Assembly: GCA_028716565.1 (NCBI GenBank)
Contig: JAQUPL010000001.1
Location: forward strand, 19,545 to 83,544
Length of the DNA: 64,000 nt
Direction: 5' to 3'
From: Candidatus Omnitrophota bacterium
GTDB lineage: Bacteria > Omnitrophota > Gorgyraeia > Pluralincolimonadales > Pluralincolimonadaceae
Under the pieces are notes generated by a model. That model did no database searches and was not told where the DNA came from. It saw only the letters and a list, made by a program, of their open reading frames with translations. Shown here one piece after another: positions 16,114-25,198 of the stretch (within the stretch, counting starts at the first letter, position 1; each line of letters opens with the position of its first letter). Position numbers and translations under genes: made by a program.

Positions 16114-18681
16114 ATGAAAATAAGAATAAGAAAAAATAACAAGGGTATCGCCCTCATAGTGACGGTCGGCGTCCTCGCGATGATGCTGATAATCGGGACA
16201 TCTTTCACCATCAATATGATGGCCGATCACAGGTCGTCGGTGAATATGGCGATGGCGGCGCAGGCCAGGGCCGCGGCAGAGGCGGGATTGAATATCGCTA
16301 TCGTATCGGCGAGGAACCTGGCCGTCAGCGATTTCAACGGCGTGCCTGCCGCTACCATGAGCGGCTCTCTCGGGAACGTGGGGAGGGGGAATACCGCCGC
16401 CTATTCCGTCAATATAACCGATACCGCGAGCCAGCTCAACGTAAACGACACAAATCCCGGGTTGGAAGATATGCTCGAAAGCCTTGTTGCCATACTGGGA
16501 AGCCCTCTTCAGGCCGGCGACGGGACCGCGATTATTTCATACCGCTCGACCCTCACGGGCGGAGTTTATATCACAAAGGAACAGGTTACCGACGCGTTTT
16601 CCGGCACAACCTCCGTAAAACAGGCCAAGTTCAACAAGATAGCGGAATATGTGACGGTAAATGGTTATATAGACGAGAACAGCGAGGATTCTACGGCCTC
16701 GTCTTTTACAGGCCTGGATAATCCTAACTCGACTTACCAGCGCAAGGCGCCGGTAAATATAAATAAAGCGGACGCTAAAGTGCTTAGGGCTGTTTTAGCG
16801 CCTGTCATTACGCCGACAGATCCTGCCACGTTAGCCGGTGATATTATTACAAGAAGAAACACGAATTTCTTTACCAGTTGGAATGATTTTGACGGTTTTA
16901 TAGACGGCCTTGGTTACCTGACCGCCGCTGAAAAAATAAAAATAAAAAATAACGCGAATCCGAATAAAGTAAAAGTTGATAGCGTGGGAGTCCCCCTCTC
17001 TTATACAACTGATTTTTGCTTCCATCCCGGCGGCGTTTACGAGATAACATCTACCGGGACGGCCGGACCGGCCCAGAAACGGATAACCGCTCTCGTGCGG
17101 ATATATGATGTCATAAATTACACGACGAAAGAGCAGTTCAGGGGAGATACTTACACGGTCATCCCTGCCGTATATGATGGCACATTGCCGATTTTTAAGA
17201 ACGTAAATTGGCTTAACAGCTGTCCGGTTACCTCCGATTACGACAATGGATTGGAGGTCGACCCGCCAAACTACAGCACTAACGCCATCGCTAATTCCCT
17301 TAAACTGGGTTTCTGGGATAACTTTGATGAAGATAATGATAATGTCAGTAAAACAGGATGGAGCTGGCGGAATTGGCAAGATTCCAGTCCCGATGGTCAT
17401 GATATAGTAATAACTGATGTTAATCCCGTGTATCCTAACCCCCCCGGTGCCCATGGTCCTCAACCTAATTTAACGGATGGCGATAACGAATTGAGCGATG
17501 ACGCATCTTATGGACCGACGGCGTTGGCTTATCTAGATTTACGGGGCACTCAAAGCGGACAGTGGAATTGCAATCAGGAATTCTCCCTGAGAGTCTATTG
17601 TAATGTTCTTAAAAATCCTCCGCCTCAGGCTGGCTATCCTCTTGCTAATAATTATTATGACAGCAATGACCGCTGGGAGGGTTATGAGGATACTGAGCAG
17701 ATAGACTTCGTTCCTGCGGGCCAGACGGGCCAGATATATATCAGTAACTTTCGTTGTGTGTACTTTGGGGACTACGGGTCCAGGGCAATCATCGATGGAA
17801 TAGGGTACGACGTACCCGGCGATTTTATAGATTCCATGTTAAGATTGAATTTCTACGGCGGCGGTGGTGACCATTATATGTACTTAAACAAGGACATGGA
17901 CGGCAACTACATGTATTCTTCGATAGGCGACGTGTCTCCTTTACATACACTGGTTCCGGCGGATGCGAACAGGATAGTTCCTATTAATGCTACTTTCAGG
18001 TTGATTGTACATGGGGCAGCAGACAACAATTATCAGATTTATCTGGCAGTTTCCCCCACCGGGATCGCTTATCATGAATGGCCGGACTCAACGAACGCTC
18101 AGGCTGGGATATGTGAGGCTGACGGAGGGGCATGGATTCCCTGGCTTTGGCAGATTCATTATCTTATCTACAATGCCGTTGACAAAAACTATCATCAATT
18201 TGTCGATACGGGAGCGGATGACAGATATGGCTATATGGAGTCGCAGTTTTGGCATGACCAAACAGCAAACAGATTTATATATACTGATTGGTATTTGAGA
18301 TTAATTAACCATCCGTCCACGATTTACGGACGTTACGCTTTATTCGATGAAGTCCGCTTGATCCCTGACCAGGGCTATTACATTTCTCCCGCGTCCACCA
18401 CGGCAAGTAACGGGCGCTTTGGCACCGCGTCGTGGACTTTGGCTATCCCGCCGGGCGCAGTTACTAATGAAAGGGCTGCGGTGGAAATTTCCAGAGACGG
18501 GGGGGCTAGCTTTAGTCCGGTAAATATCAACGGTGGCGCGAATATCGATCCTTCGACGACCATGTGTTTCAAAGTCACTTTATTATCGGACGACCCGCAG
18601 CATTTACAGACGCCTGTCCTTGAGGACATTACTCTTACCCGTTTGCCAAAGGTAGCGGTCTTATATTGCAAATATGAGTAA
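16114..18681 (+). CDS. second giant GspK-like pseudopilin (about 855 aa)
   Basis: N-terminus MKIRIRKNNKGIALIVTVGVLAMMLIIGTSFTINM and GspK-like motifs (SQLNVNDTNPG, PVNINKADAKVLRAVLAPV). The C-terminal about 600 aa are W/Y/N/D-rich. The ORF is open from 16075; the ATG at 16114 is preferred by analogy with the first GspK-like gene. Confidence 0.6.
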   Translation: MKIRIRKNNKGIALIVTVGVLAMMLIIGTSFTINMMADHRSSVNMAMAAQARAAAEAGLNIAIVSARNLAVSDFNGVPAATMSGSLGNVGRGNTAAYSVNITDTASQLNVNDTNPGLEDMLESLVAILGSPLQAGDGTAIISYRSTLTGGVYITKEQVTDAFSGTTSVKQAKFNKIAEYVTVNGYIDENSEDSTASSFTGLDNPNSTYQRKAPVNINKADAKVLRAVLAPVITPTDPATLAGDIITRRNTNFFTSWNDFDGFIDGLGYLTAAEKIKIKNNANPNKVKVDSVGVPLSYTTDFCFHPGGVYEITSTGTAGPAQKRITALVRIYDVINYTTKEQFRGDTYTVIPAVYDGTLPIFKNVNWLNSCPVTSDYDNGLEVDPPNYSTNAIANSLKLGFWDNFDEDNDNVSKTGWSWRNWQDSSPDGHDIVITDVNPVYPNPPGAHGPQPNLTDGDNELSDDASYGPTALAYLDLRGTQSGQWNCNQEFSLRVYCNVLKNPPPQAGYPLANNYYDSNDRWEGYEDTEQIDFVPAGQTGQIYISNFRCVYFGDYGSRAIIDGIGYDVPGDFIDSMLRLNFYGGGGDHYMYLNKDMDGNYMYSSIGDVSPLHTLVPADANRIVPINATFRLIVHGAADNNYQIYLAVSPTGIAYHEWPDSTNAQAGICEADGGAWIPWLWQIHYLIYNAVDKNYHQFVDTGADDRYGYMESQFWHDQTANRFIYTDWYLRLINHPSTIYGRYALFDEVRLIPDQGYYISPASTTASNGRFGTASWTLAIPPGAVTNERAAVEISRDGGASFSPVNINGGANIDPSTTMCFKVTLLSDDPQHLQTPVLEDITLTRLPKVAVLYCKYE

Positions 18682-18700
18682 AAGGAGAAAAAAGAATAAA

Positions 18701-19780
18701 ATGAGACAGGTGTTTCCCGTATTTTTTTTGATGTTCTTTTTGGCCGCGGCTTTTCCGGCCACGGCAGCCGATGTTAGCCAGCCGGAAGCACTTGATGAAT
18801 CCGTAGGCCATCCGGATGCCCTTGGCGAATTCAACAAAAGATTTTCGGAGATAAAGGCAGGTGATGCCGCGGCTTATTATAATTTGGCGGTGTACTGTCT
18901 AGATAACGATCTCCCGGAACAAGCGGAATACCTGCTCGGTGAAGCAGCTAAAGATCCATCTTTTGAAAAAAGGGCGAAAAGACTTCTCGAAGTGCTTACA
19001 GGTGAACCGGACAAGTCTTATTATGAATCCGCGTTTAAGCACTATGAATCGGGGTATCTTGCGGAGGCTAAAGCAGAGATCGAAATGCTAAAAGCCTCTT
19101 ATCCCAAAAGCCATTATATTCGTAAAGCGAGGTCTCTTCTGAAAAAGATTGACAAGGAAGCGCTTGATAAACCTTATCTTTTGACGAATTCCGCCGATCC
19201 CGGTAAAATTATTGCTTCTTTGAATCAGAGCGCGGAAAAAGAGGAAGGCAATGCGGAGGAATTGAAAAAGGAATATCTTACGGATATCCTCAAGAAGGCT
19301 GAGTATTTCGCGGATGTTATGGCAGCCAAAGCTCCTTCCAAGGGAAAAAAGGAAGAATATTTATTCTATGCGATAAAATGCGCGGAAAAAGTATCCGGAT
19401 TGTCGGATGACGCTGAATTAAAAAATAAAGCCGGGGATCTGAGAGGCAAGATCACCAAGCAATTATTTGTTGAACACCCGGTATCCGAAGATTTGAAAAA
19501 TATAGACAGCTATTATGAGAAGTTATACTTGGTCAAAGATAGTGGTTTTGTCGAGGATGTATGCGGCAAATATACCAAGACGGGAGAGGAATATTTAAAG
19601 AAAGCCCGGAAGGCCTCGGGCGCTGAAAAAATAAGTAATCTTGTTAGCGCCTATAGATGTTTCTCGTTTGCCAATGCCTATACGAAGTCCGAGAAGATGA
19701 AACAGGAGACTTTTCAAAAGATGGAGCTTATTAATGCCGAAAAAAGGAAGGAGATAAGCAAGAAGAAAACGTCAAATTAG
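18701..19780 (+). CDS. secreted lysine-rich helical/TPR-like protein of unknown function within the secretion locus
   Basis: Signal peptide MRQVFPVFFLMFFLAAAFPATAA. The mature part is K/E/A/Y-rich with TPR-like pairs. An AAGGAG RBS lies upstream of the ATG at 18701; the ORF is open from 18674. Confidence 0.45.
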   Translation: MRQVFPVFFLMFFLAAAFPATAADVSQPEALDESVGHPDALGEFNKRFSEIKAGDAAAYYNLAVYCLDNDLPEQAEYLLGEAAKDPSFEKRAKRLLEVLTGEPDKSYYESAFKHYESGYLAEAKAEIEMLKASYPKSHYIRKARSLLKKIDKEALDKPYLLTNSADPGKIIASLNQSAEKEEGNAEELKKEYLTDILKKAEYFADVMAAKAPSKGKKEEYLFYAIKCAEKVSGLSDDAELKNKAGDLRGKITKQLFVEHPVSEDLKNIDSYYEKLYLVKDSGFVEDVCGKYTKTGEEYLKKARKASGAEKISNLVSAYRCFSFANAYTKSEKMKQETFQKMELINAEKRKEISKKKTSN

Positions 19781-19817
19781 GCGCCCATCGAATTTTTTGC
19801 TTTTTGAAAAGAAATAA

Positions 19818-19846
19818 TTGACAACATTTGCTTAATCCTATAAAAT
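19818..19846 (+). promoter_or_regulatory. putative sigma70-type promoter upstream of the PilM-PilN fusion gene
   Basis: TTGACA (19818-19823), a 17-nt spacer and TAAAAT (19841-19846) in one of the few real intergenic gaps (19781-19858). Confidence 0.45.
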
Positions 19847-19858
19847 ATACGCAACCAT

Positions 19859-21508
19859 ATGGGAAAACGTGCTCTAGGGATCGATATAGGCGCGGGCTCG
19901 GTAAAACTCGTAGAGCTGGAAAAGACGGTTGAGGGCATTCAGCTCATCCGGGCGAAATTTTTTGATTTGACCCAATATGCCGACCAGGAAAAAAGGGACA
20001 CCCTGATCAGGGAAGGCATAGAGGGGTTGTTGAGAACAGAAAAGATAAAGAGCGGCAGGCTCGCGCTCTCCCTCTCGGGCCAGTCGGTATTCATCCGCTT
20101 CCTCAAGCTCCCCAAGATCCAGCAAGGCAAGATAGACAAGATAATAAAATACGAAGCACAGCAGCAGATCCCTTTTCCCCTCGATAAGATAAGCTGGGAC
20201 CACCAGATCTTCCGCTCCGGCGCGGGCCCGGAAGAGGACGTCCTTTTCGTCGCCGCGAAAAAAGAGATCGTCGAAACTACGCTTTCGCACGTAGCGAGGA
20301 CCAACCTGGACATAGAGTTCGTCGATGTCAGCCCGCTGGCCCTCCTTAACGCCATAACTTACAATGAGCCCCTCGGCAAGGGACTGATCCTTGATATCGG
20401 CGCCAAGGCGACCAATCTTATCGTCATCTCGGACAAGGGGTTCTGGGTCCGTTCGATACTTATCGCCGGCGACGAGATGACCCATGCTATCGCCTCAAAG
20501 TTAAATATACCTTTCGACAAGGCGGAAGAGCTTAAGCGCAAAGAGGGGATGGTGGTCGCATCAGACAGCCTTGTTCCCTCGAACATCACCCCGGCCGGCA
20601 AAGACCTCGTTAATGCCCTGAACCCGGTCGTCTCCGACCTGATATCTTCGATAGTCCAGTCGATGGAATTTTACAGGACCAAACATGCCCGCGATACCGC
20701 CTTCAACGAGATCATATTATCGGGCGGCGGCTCAAAGCTCAAGGGCATAGAGGATTTCCTGGCGAAGGGGCTCGGCATGCAGATAAGGCGCGCCAACCTG
20801 GGCCAGAAGATAAAATGCCCGTCCAACCTCAGGGTCGATATAGATTTCCAGACACGCTTCGGCTCTTCGATCGGCCTGGCCCTGCGCCTGCTCCAGAGAT
20901 GCCCGACCAATATAGACCTGTTGCCGGTCGAGAGGAAAGAGGAAAGAGATTTCAAGAAAGAAAAATTCTGGATCATCTCTGCGGGCCTCCTTATCGCCGT
21001 GATACCGCTCACGATAGGGTATAATATCTGGTTCCAGACGTCGACCCTAAGGAAGGAAGTGGCCTTCCTGGATTCGCTTTTGTCGGATTACGAGAACATC
21101 AACAAGGAAATAGCCAAGCTTAAGGAAGATATAAAGAACAGCGAGGCAAGGCTGGAACCTTTTGAAAATCTGGCCATAAAGAAAAGCCTCTCGCTTGAGG
21201 CCATATTGGGGATAAGGAAGCTCCTACCCGAAGAGACCTGGTTGACGTCGGTCTCCAAGGAGAAGGACTTCTTCTCGCTGGAAGGCAGGACGGCCTCGAG
21301 CCTCCTGACCATAAACGATTTCAAGAACAGGCTCGCATCCTCGCCGTTATTCGATTCGGTAGAGATAATATACGCGAGCCTGCCCCGCCAGACCGAAGAG
21401 GGCGCGGGACAATTCAGGGATTTTTCCATAAAGTTCAGGTTCAAGGGGACCGGCGCGGCTGCGGCGGCCCCGAAGGGCGAGAAGGACGAAACGAAAGGCA
21501 ATAAATAG
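19859..21508 (+). CDS. PilM-PilN fusion (GspL-like): actin-like ATPase-fold cytoplasmic domain + TM + periplasmic coiled-coil domain
   Basis: PilM N-terminus (LGIDIGAGSVKLVELEK) and actin-like fold, then a TM segment (FWIISAGLLIAVIPLTIGYNIWF), then a PilN/GspL-like coiled coil. Length is 549 aa. Confidence 0.75.
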   Translation: MGKRALGIDIGAGSVKLVELEKTVEGIQLIRAKFFDLTQYADQEKRDTLIREGIEGLLRTEKIKSGRLALSLSGQSVFIRFLKLPKIQQGKIDKIIKYEAQQQIPFPLDKISWDHQIFRSGAGPEEDVLFVAAKKEIVETTLSHVARTNLDIEFVDVSPLALLNAITYNEPLGKGLILDIGAKATNLIVISDKGFWVRSILIAGDEMTHAIASKLNIPFDKAEELKRKEGMVVASDSLVPSNITPAGKDLVNALNPVVSDLISSIVQSMEFYRTKHARDTAFNEIILSGGGSKLKGIEDFLAKGLGMQIRRANLGQKIKCPSNLRVDIDFQTRFGSSIGLALRLLQRCPTNIDLLPVERKEERDFKKEKFWIISAGLLIAVIPLTIGYNIWFQTSTLRKEVAFLDSLLSDYENINKEIAKLKEDIKNSEARLEPFENLAIKKSLSLEAILGIRKLLPEETWLTSVSKEKDFFSLEGRTASSLLTINDFKNRLASSPLFDSVEIIYASLPRQTEEGAGQFRDFSIKFRFKGTGAAAAAPKGEKDETKGNK

Positions 21509-21511
21509 AAG

Positions 21512-22273
21512 ATGCCAAAAGGCATGAACGAGTCGTTGACGACTAAGATCTCCTTGGGAGCGGTCATACTTGTCTCATTTCTTTTTTTAGGGATAACCGT
21601 GTATGACAGGTTGAGGATCGAAGGGGCTGTCGTGCAGAAGCAGGAGCAGCTCAAGGTCTACAAAAACCAGGGCCTCGGTTTCCTGAGCAGCGAAAAGAAC
21701 CGCCTTGAGAGGCAGCTCAAGGCCATGCGGGGAGCCGACAAGGAGATAAGCGGCATGCTCTTCTCTAAACCGTCCTCCCGGATGGTTAAGGAGGTCGGGG
21801 ATCCCCTTAAATTCAAGGAGGAGTTGTACAAGGTCCAGAATAAGATAAAAGAGGACGGCGCTTCCATAAATTTCCAATTCCCGTTCTGGCTGGGTTTCGA
21901 GAGGTACCAACACGATATACCGAATCCGGCGGACCTTCCGTTCAGGGTAAAGCAGCTCGACATAATAAACGAGATCGGCAGCCTTGCCCTGGCCTCGAAG
22001 GTGCCGGAGATCTCGACGATCGAATTCCTTGAGATCAGGAAAATAACGGCGGACAACAAGGAAATCCTTTTCATGGAATTTCCCGTCAGGGTGGTCATTA
22101 AGTGCGGTAACGAGAGCCTGACCAATTTTATGTATAAGCTGAGCGTCGCGGATATGCCTTTCAGGGTGGATTCGTTTAAAATAAAAGTTTCCGCAGACGA
22201 AAGCGCGGCCGAGGGTGACATGACCGGCGAGTTGGTCATAGTCGCTGCCGTATTGCCGGCGGAGAAGATATGA
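21512..22273 (+). CDS. GspM/PilO-like inner-membrane assembly protein
   Basis: N-terminal TM (ISLGAVILVSFLFLGITVY), a coiled-coil segment and a C-terminal alpha/beta domain. It sits between the GspL-like gene and the GspC/PilP-like gene. Confidence 0.5.
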   Translation: MPKGMNESLTTKISLGAVILVSFLFLGITVYDRLRIEGAVVQKQEQLKVYKNQGLGFLSSEKNRLERQLKAMRGADKEISGMLFSKPSSRMVKEVGDPLKFKEELYKVQNKIKEDGASINFQFPFWLGFERYQHDIPNPADLPFRVKQLDIINEIGSLALASKVPEISTIEFLEIRKITADNKEILFMEFPVRVVIKCGNESLTNFMYKLSVADMPFRVDSFKIKVSADESAAEGDMTGELVIVAAVLPAEKI

Positions 22274-22947
22274 AAGGCGCATCCCGGATAGTAGCCGCAG
22301 CAGCGTTCATTCTATGGATATTGGCGATGTGGAAATCGTCTTCGGTCTTTGAGTCAAAGCAAGTCCCATTCTATCCGGAAGAAGGCAAAGGGGAAGCTAT
22401 TCCCGCTAAGGAAGGCGCCGCCGCCCTGCCGAACTCTTTTTCGTACGTGGAAGAATTGCTCAAATCCCCCTATGCCGTCTCGAGATACAAGCCCCTCCTC
22501 GACAAGAACATGTTCATAAAGCCCGAACCCCCGGTCAAGGTCTTTTCGCCTGAAGACCTGACGTTAGTATCCGTCACGGCCGTACCCCTGCCTTTTATGT
22601 ATAAAGGTTTTATCGAGGTGTCGGACGGGACCATAATAGGCCAGATCAACTGGTCCGGTAAGACGTATTTCGTGAAGAAGGGGCAAAAGGTCAAAGACTA
22701 CAAAGTGACGGAGATCAACAGCAAGATTGTCAAGATGGAAAACAAGGATGGCCAGGTTACCCTCGAGTTAAAGAAACCCGCGAAGAGCAAGGAATTGGTC
22801 GCAAAACTGCACGATTCGATGAATAATAAGGATATCGAGGCAAAGAAGGGTGACCTGATCGGAGAGTATAAAGTTCTTGACATAAAAACCGATTCTGTGG
22901 TATTATACGGCCAAAATAAAGAGTGGGTTATAACAAAGGGGAGATGA
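22270..22947 (+). CDS. membrane-anchored periplasmic protein, possible GspC/PilP-like secretin-interacting component
   Basis: N-terminal TM (IVAAAAFILWILAMW) and a beta-rich C-terminal domain. Assignment rests on position only; there is no strong motif. Confidence 0.35.
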   Translation: MKGASRIVAAAAFILWILAMWKSSSVFESKQVPFYPEEGKGEAIPAKEGAAALPNSFSYVEELLKSPYAVSRYKPLLDKNMFIKPEPPVKVFSPEDLTLVSVTAVPLPFMYKGFIEVSDGTIIGQINWSGKTYFVKKGQKVKDYKVTEINSKIVKMENKDGQVTLELKKPAKSKELVAKLHDSMNNKDIEAKKGDLIGEYKVLDIKTDSVVLYGQNKEWVITKGR

Positions 22948-22952
22948 TATAA

Positions 22953-24080
22953 ATGAGTATGACCAATGAGGTTAAAAGAACAGCGGGTAGGTTCTTTGTT
23001 TGCATCTTTTTGGCTTTTGATTCGTTCTTTATTATCTCATTAGGTAATGCTTTTTGCGCCAGGGTTTACGCCGCTTCCGATGCTGATATAGCCGGGGACT
23101 CAGTCGAGGCGAGGATAATAGCACAGGACCTGGCCAAAGAGAAAAAAGTCGAACAAAAATCCCTCATTAAAGACCTCTTCGATCAAGCCAAGAGCGAATA
23201 CGACGCTAAAAATTACGAAACGGCGCAGCGGATTTTCGAGAGGATAGTCCAGCTGGACCCCAAGAATAAACAGGCCGTCCATTATGTCGAGATGTGCAAA
23301 GAGGGCATAGTAAAGACCGTCCCCGATACGATAACAGGCTCTATGATAAAGCGCGGCAAAGCGAATTACGCGAAAAAAGAATATTCCGCAGCGGTAGGTG
23401 ATTTTGAAAGCGCGCTCGCCGCGAACCCCAGTGACGCCGAAGCCCGGGATTGGTTGATCAAGGCGAGGCAGGCCGAGGGGTTAGTCGCGAGGGAAAAGGC
23501 TACCAAGGAAGAGCGCAAGTATGTCGTAAAGGACAGGCACGTAACGAACGAGGAGAAGGATACATCCGAGCAGAAGGCACTGCTCGACGTGGATAGAGGA
23601 TGGCTGCCTCCGGAGAAGACCGGCAGGGAAGAGTTGCAGGTTGAAGAGGTGATACCTGAGTCGGAAAAGGCCGACATGGAAGCGAGGAAGAAGCTCGAGG
23701 AAAAGATGGCGAGTGTTATCGTCCCGGCCATATCGGTTACCGACGCCGACGTCCAGGACCTTATCCGACAGTTGACTGAGATGACGGGAGTAACTATCGT
23801 CATCGACGAGAAGGAGCTGTCCGCCCTCACCAGAGAGCAGCCGCTGAAGATCACGATCAGCACGGCTGCGCCTATGCCGTTGCTCGATATACTGGGTATC
23901 GCGTTCAAGACTACGCAACTCGCTTATAAGGTCGAGCCGAATTACGTTTATGTATCGAGCAGAGAGAATATAATGAGAGAAGGCCTTGTCACGAGGACTT
24001 ACAAGCTCAAATACGGCGAACGCAAAACTCGCGCAGTCAAATTAACAGAGTTTGAAACCAAGTCGGCAGAGGCGAAATGA
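22953..24080 (+). CDS. TPR-repeat protein with C-terminal secretin N0-like (Secretin_N) domain; stand-alone secretin N-terminal module
   Basis: Signal/TM segment, TPR-like repeats (AKNYETAQRIFERIVQLDPKN; KKEYSAAVGDFESALAANPSD), then a segment (ISVTDADVQDLIRQLTEMTGVTIVIDEKELS...KITISTAAPMPLLDILGIAFKTTQLAYKVEPNYVYVSS) resembling PilQ/GspD N0 domains, at nt about 23709-23967. Confidence 0.55.
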   Translation: MSMTNEVKRTAGRFFVCIFLAFDSFFIISLGNAFCARVYAASDADIAGDSVEARIIAQDLAKEKKVEQKSLIKDLFDQAKSEYDAKNYETAQRIFERIVQLDPKNKQAVHYVEMCKEGIVKTVPDTITGSMIKRGKANYAKKEYSAAVGDFESALAANPSDAEARDWLIKARQAEGLVAREKATKEERKYVVKDRHVTNEEKDTSEQKALLDVDRGWLPPEKTGREELQVEEVIPESEKADMEARKKLEEKMASVIVPAISVTDADVQDLIRQLTEMTGVTIVIDEKELSALTREQPLKITISTAAPMPLLDILGIAFKTTQLAYKVEPNYVYVSSRENIMREGLVTRTYKLKYGERKTRAVKLTEFETKSAEAK

Positions 24081-25198
24081 AGAAAAAGTTTATCGCGGGA
24101 GCGGTAATAATTTGTTTGACGATCCCCCAGATCGCGCTCTTTGCGGCTGATGACGGCAGCCTCAATATCAAAGATTATCTCGAGCAAAGCCTGCCTGCCC
24201 AGGAGGGGAGAAAGATAACCTATAATAACGGCACGAGGCTCCTGACCGTTACCGATACGAAAGACAACCAGGAACTCATCAGGAGTTTAATAAAGGGGTT
24301 TGAGGTCGGTCCCAAACAGGTGATGATCGAGACCAGGTTCGTGGAAGTGTCCGTCACCGACCTGGACGAGTTGGGTATAGAATGGGATTTCTTCCATCCC
24401 GGCAACGCCAACGACAAAAACAGCGGATTTACCATAGGCGCTCCTGTGGGTACGCAGTATCAGGGCCTGCGCTGGAATAATGATATAGCCTCCACGTTCC
24501 CCGTAGTGGGAAATTTCGCCGGCCAGGTCATGATGTTCAAAGTTTTGGCCAACGGCGAGGCCTATATAGCGAATCTCAGATTTTTAGAGCAACAGGGTAA
24601 GGCCAATCTCCTTTCCGCTCCCAAGGTTACTGCGATCTCCGGCCAGATGGCGAACATCCAGGTGGTAAGGACATATCCTTACGTATCTGATTTTACGCTT
24701 GAGAACATAGGGACGGCTGAGTTCCCTATCTGGAGTTACAAATTGTCCCTTGCCGAAAAACCGGTAGGCATATTCCTTGAAGCGACCCCTTATGTCACCG
24801 AAGGGTCGAATACCATAACTTTAGACCTGCATCCGGAGGTGAGTGTCCTGCGGTCGCAAGTGGCCATCTCTAACCTAAGTACGAGCGGCGAGACGGGGCA
24901 GCTGGGTAATGTAACCTCCGCAACAAACGTAAAACTCATACCGACTGACCTGGGCTGGCCTGTTGTGGACGTAAGGACCACCCAGACGAGCGTTTCGGTA
25001 GACAGCGGTGCGACGATAGTGCTGGGCGGGCTTATTAAGGACAGTGAGACGATAACGAGGAGAAAGATCCCGGTCCTGGGGGATATACCTTTGTTAGGCC
25101 AGGCTTTCCGGTATGATTACAAAAACCAGACCAAGACGAACCTGCTTATATTTATTACCGCGAGCATTATCGACGCGAGAGGCGAGGTCATAAGATGA
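24077..25198 (+). CDS. short secretin (GspD/PilQ family C-terminal secretin domain), paralog 1
   Basis: Signal peptide and an N1/N3-like segment (LTVTDTKDNQELIRSLI...VMIETRFVEVSVTDLDELGIEW). The secretin domain carries the signature VLGDIPLLGQAFRYDYKNQTKTNLLIFITASII. Length is 373 aa. Confidence 0.85.
   Translation: MKKKFIAGAVIICLTIPQIALFAADDGSLNIKDYLEQSLPAQEGRKITYNNGTRLLTVTDTKDNQELIRSLIKGFEVGPKQVMIETRFVEVSVTDLDELGIEWDFFHPGNANDKNSGFTIGAPVGTQYQGLRWNNDIASTFPVVGNFAGQVMMFKVLANGEAYIANLRFLEQQGKANLLSAPKVTAISGQMANIQVVRTYPYVSDFTLENIGTAEFPIWSYKLSLAEKPVGIFLEATPYVTEGSNTITLDLHPEVSVLRSQVAISNLSTSGETGQLGNVTSATNVKLIPTDLGWPVVDVRTTQTSVSVDSGATIVLGGLIKDSETITRRKIPVLGDIPLLGQAFRYDYKNQTKTNLLIFITASIIDARGEVIR

Noticed and set aside
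16921-16950. A-rich tract (gaaaaaataaaaataaaaaataa) inside GspK-like gene 2 as a phase-variation slippage site
   Set aside because: The tract is interrupted by T every 5-6 nt and is not a true homopolymer or short tandem repeat. It encodes an in-frame K/I/N-rich peptide.
21587-22282. 231-aa minus-strand ORF overlapping the GspM/PilO-like gene
   Set aside because: Arg/Leu-rich antisense composition. The + strand ORF has TM and coiled-coil features and operon coupling with its neighbours.
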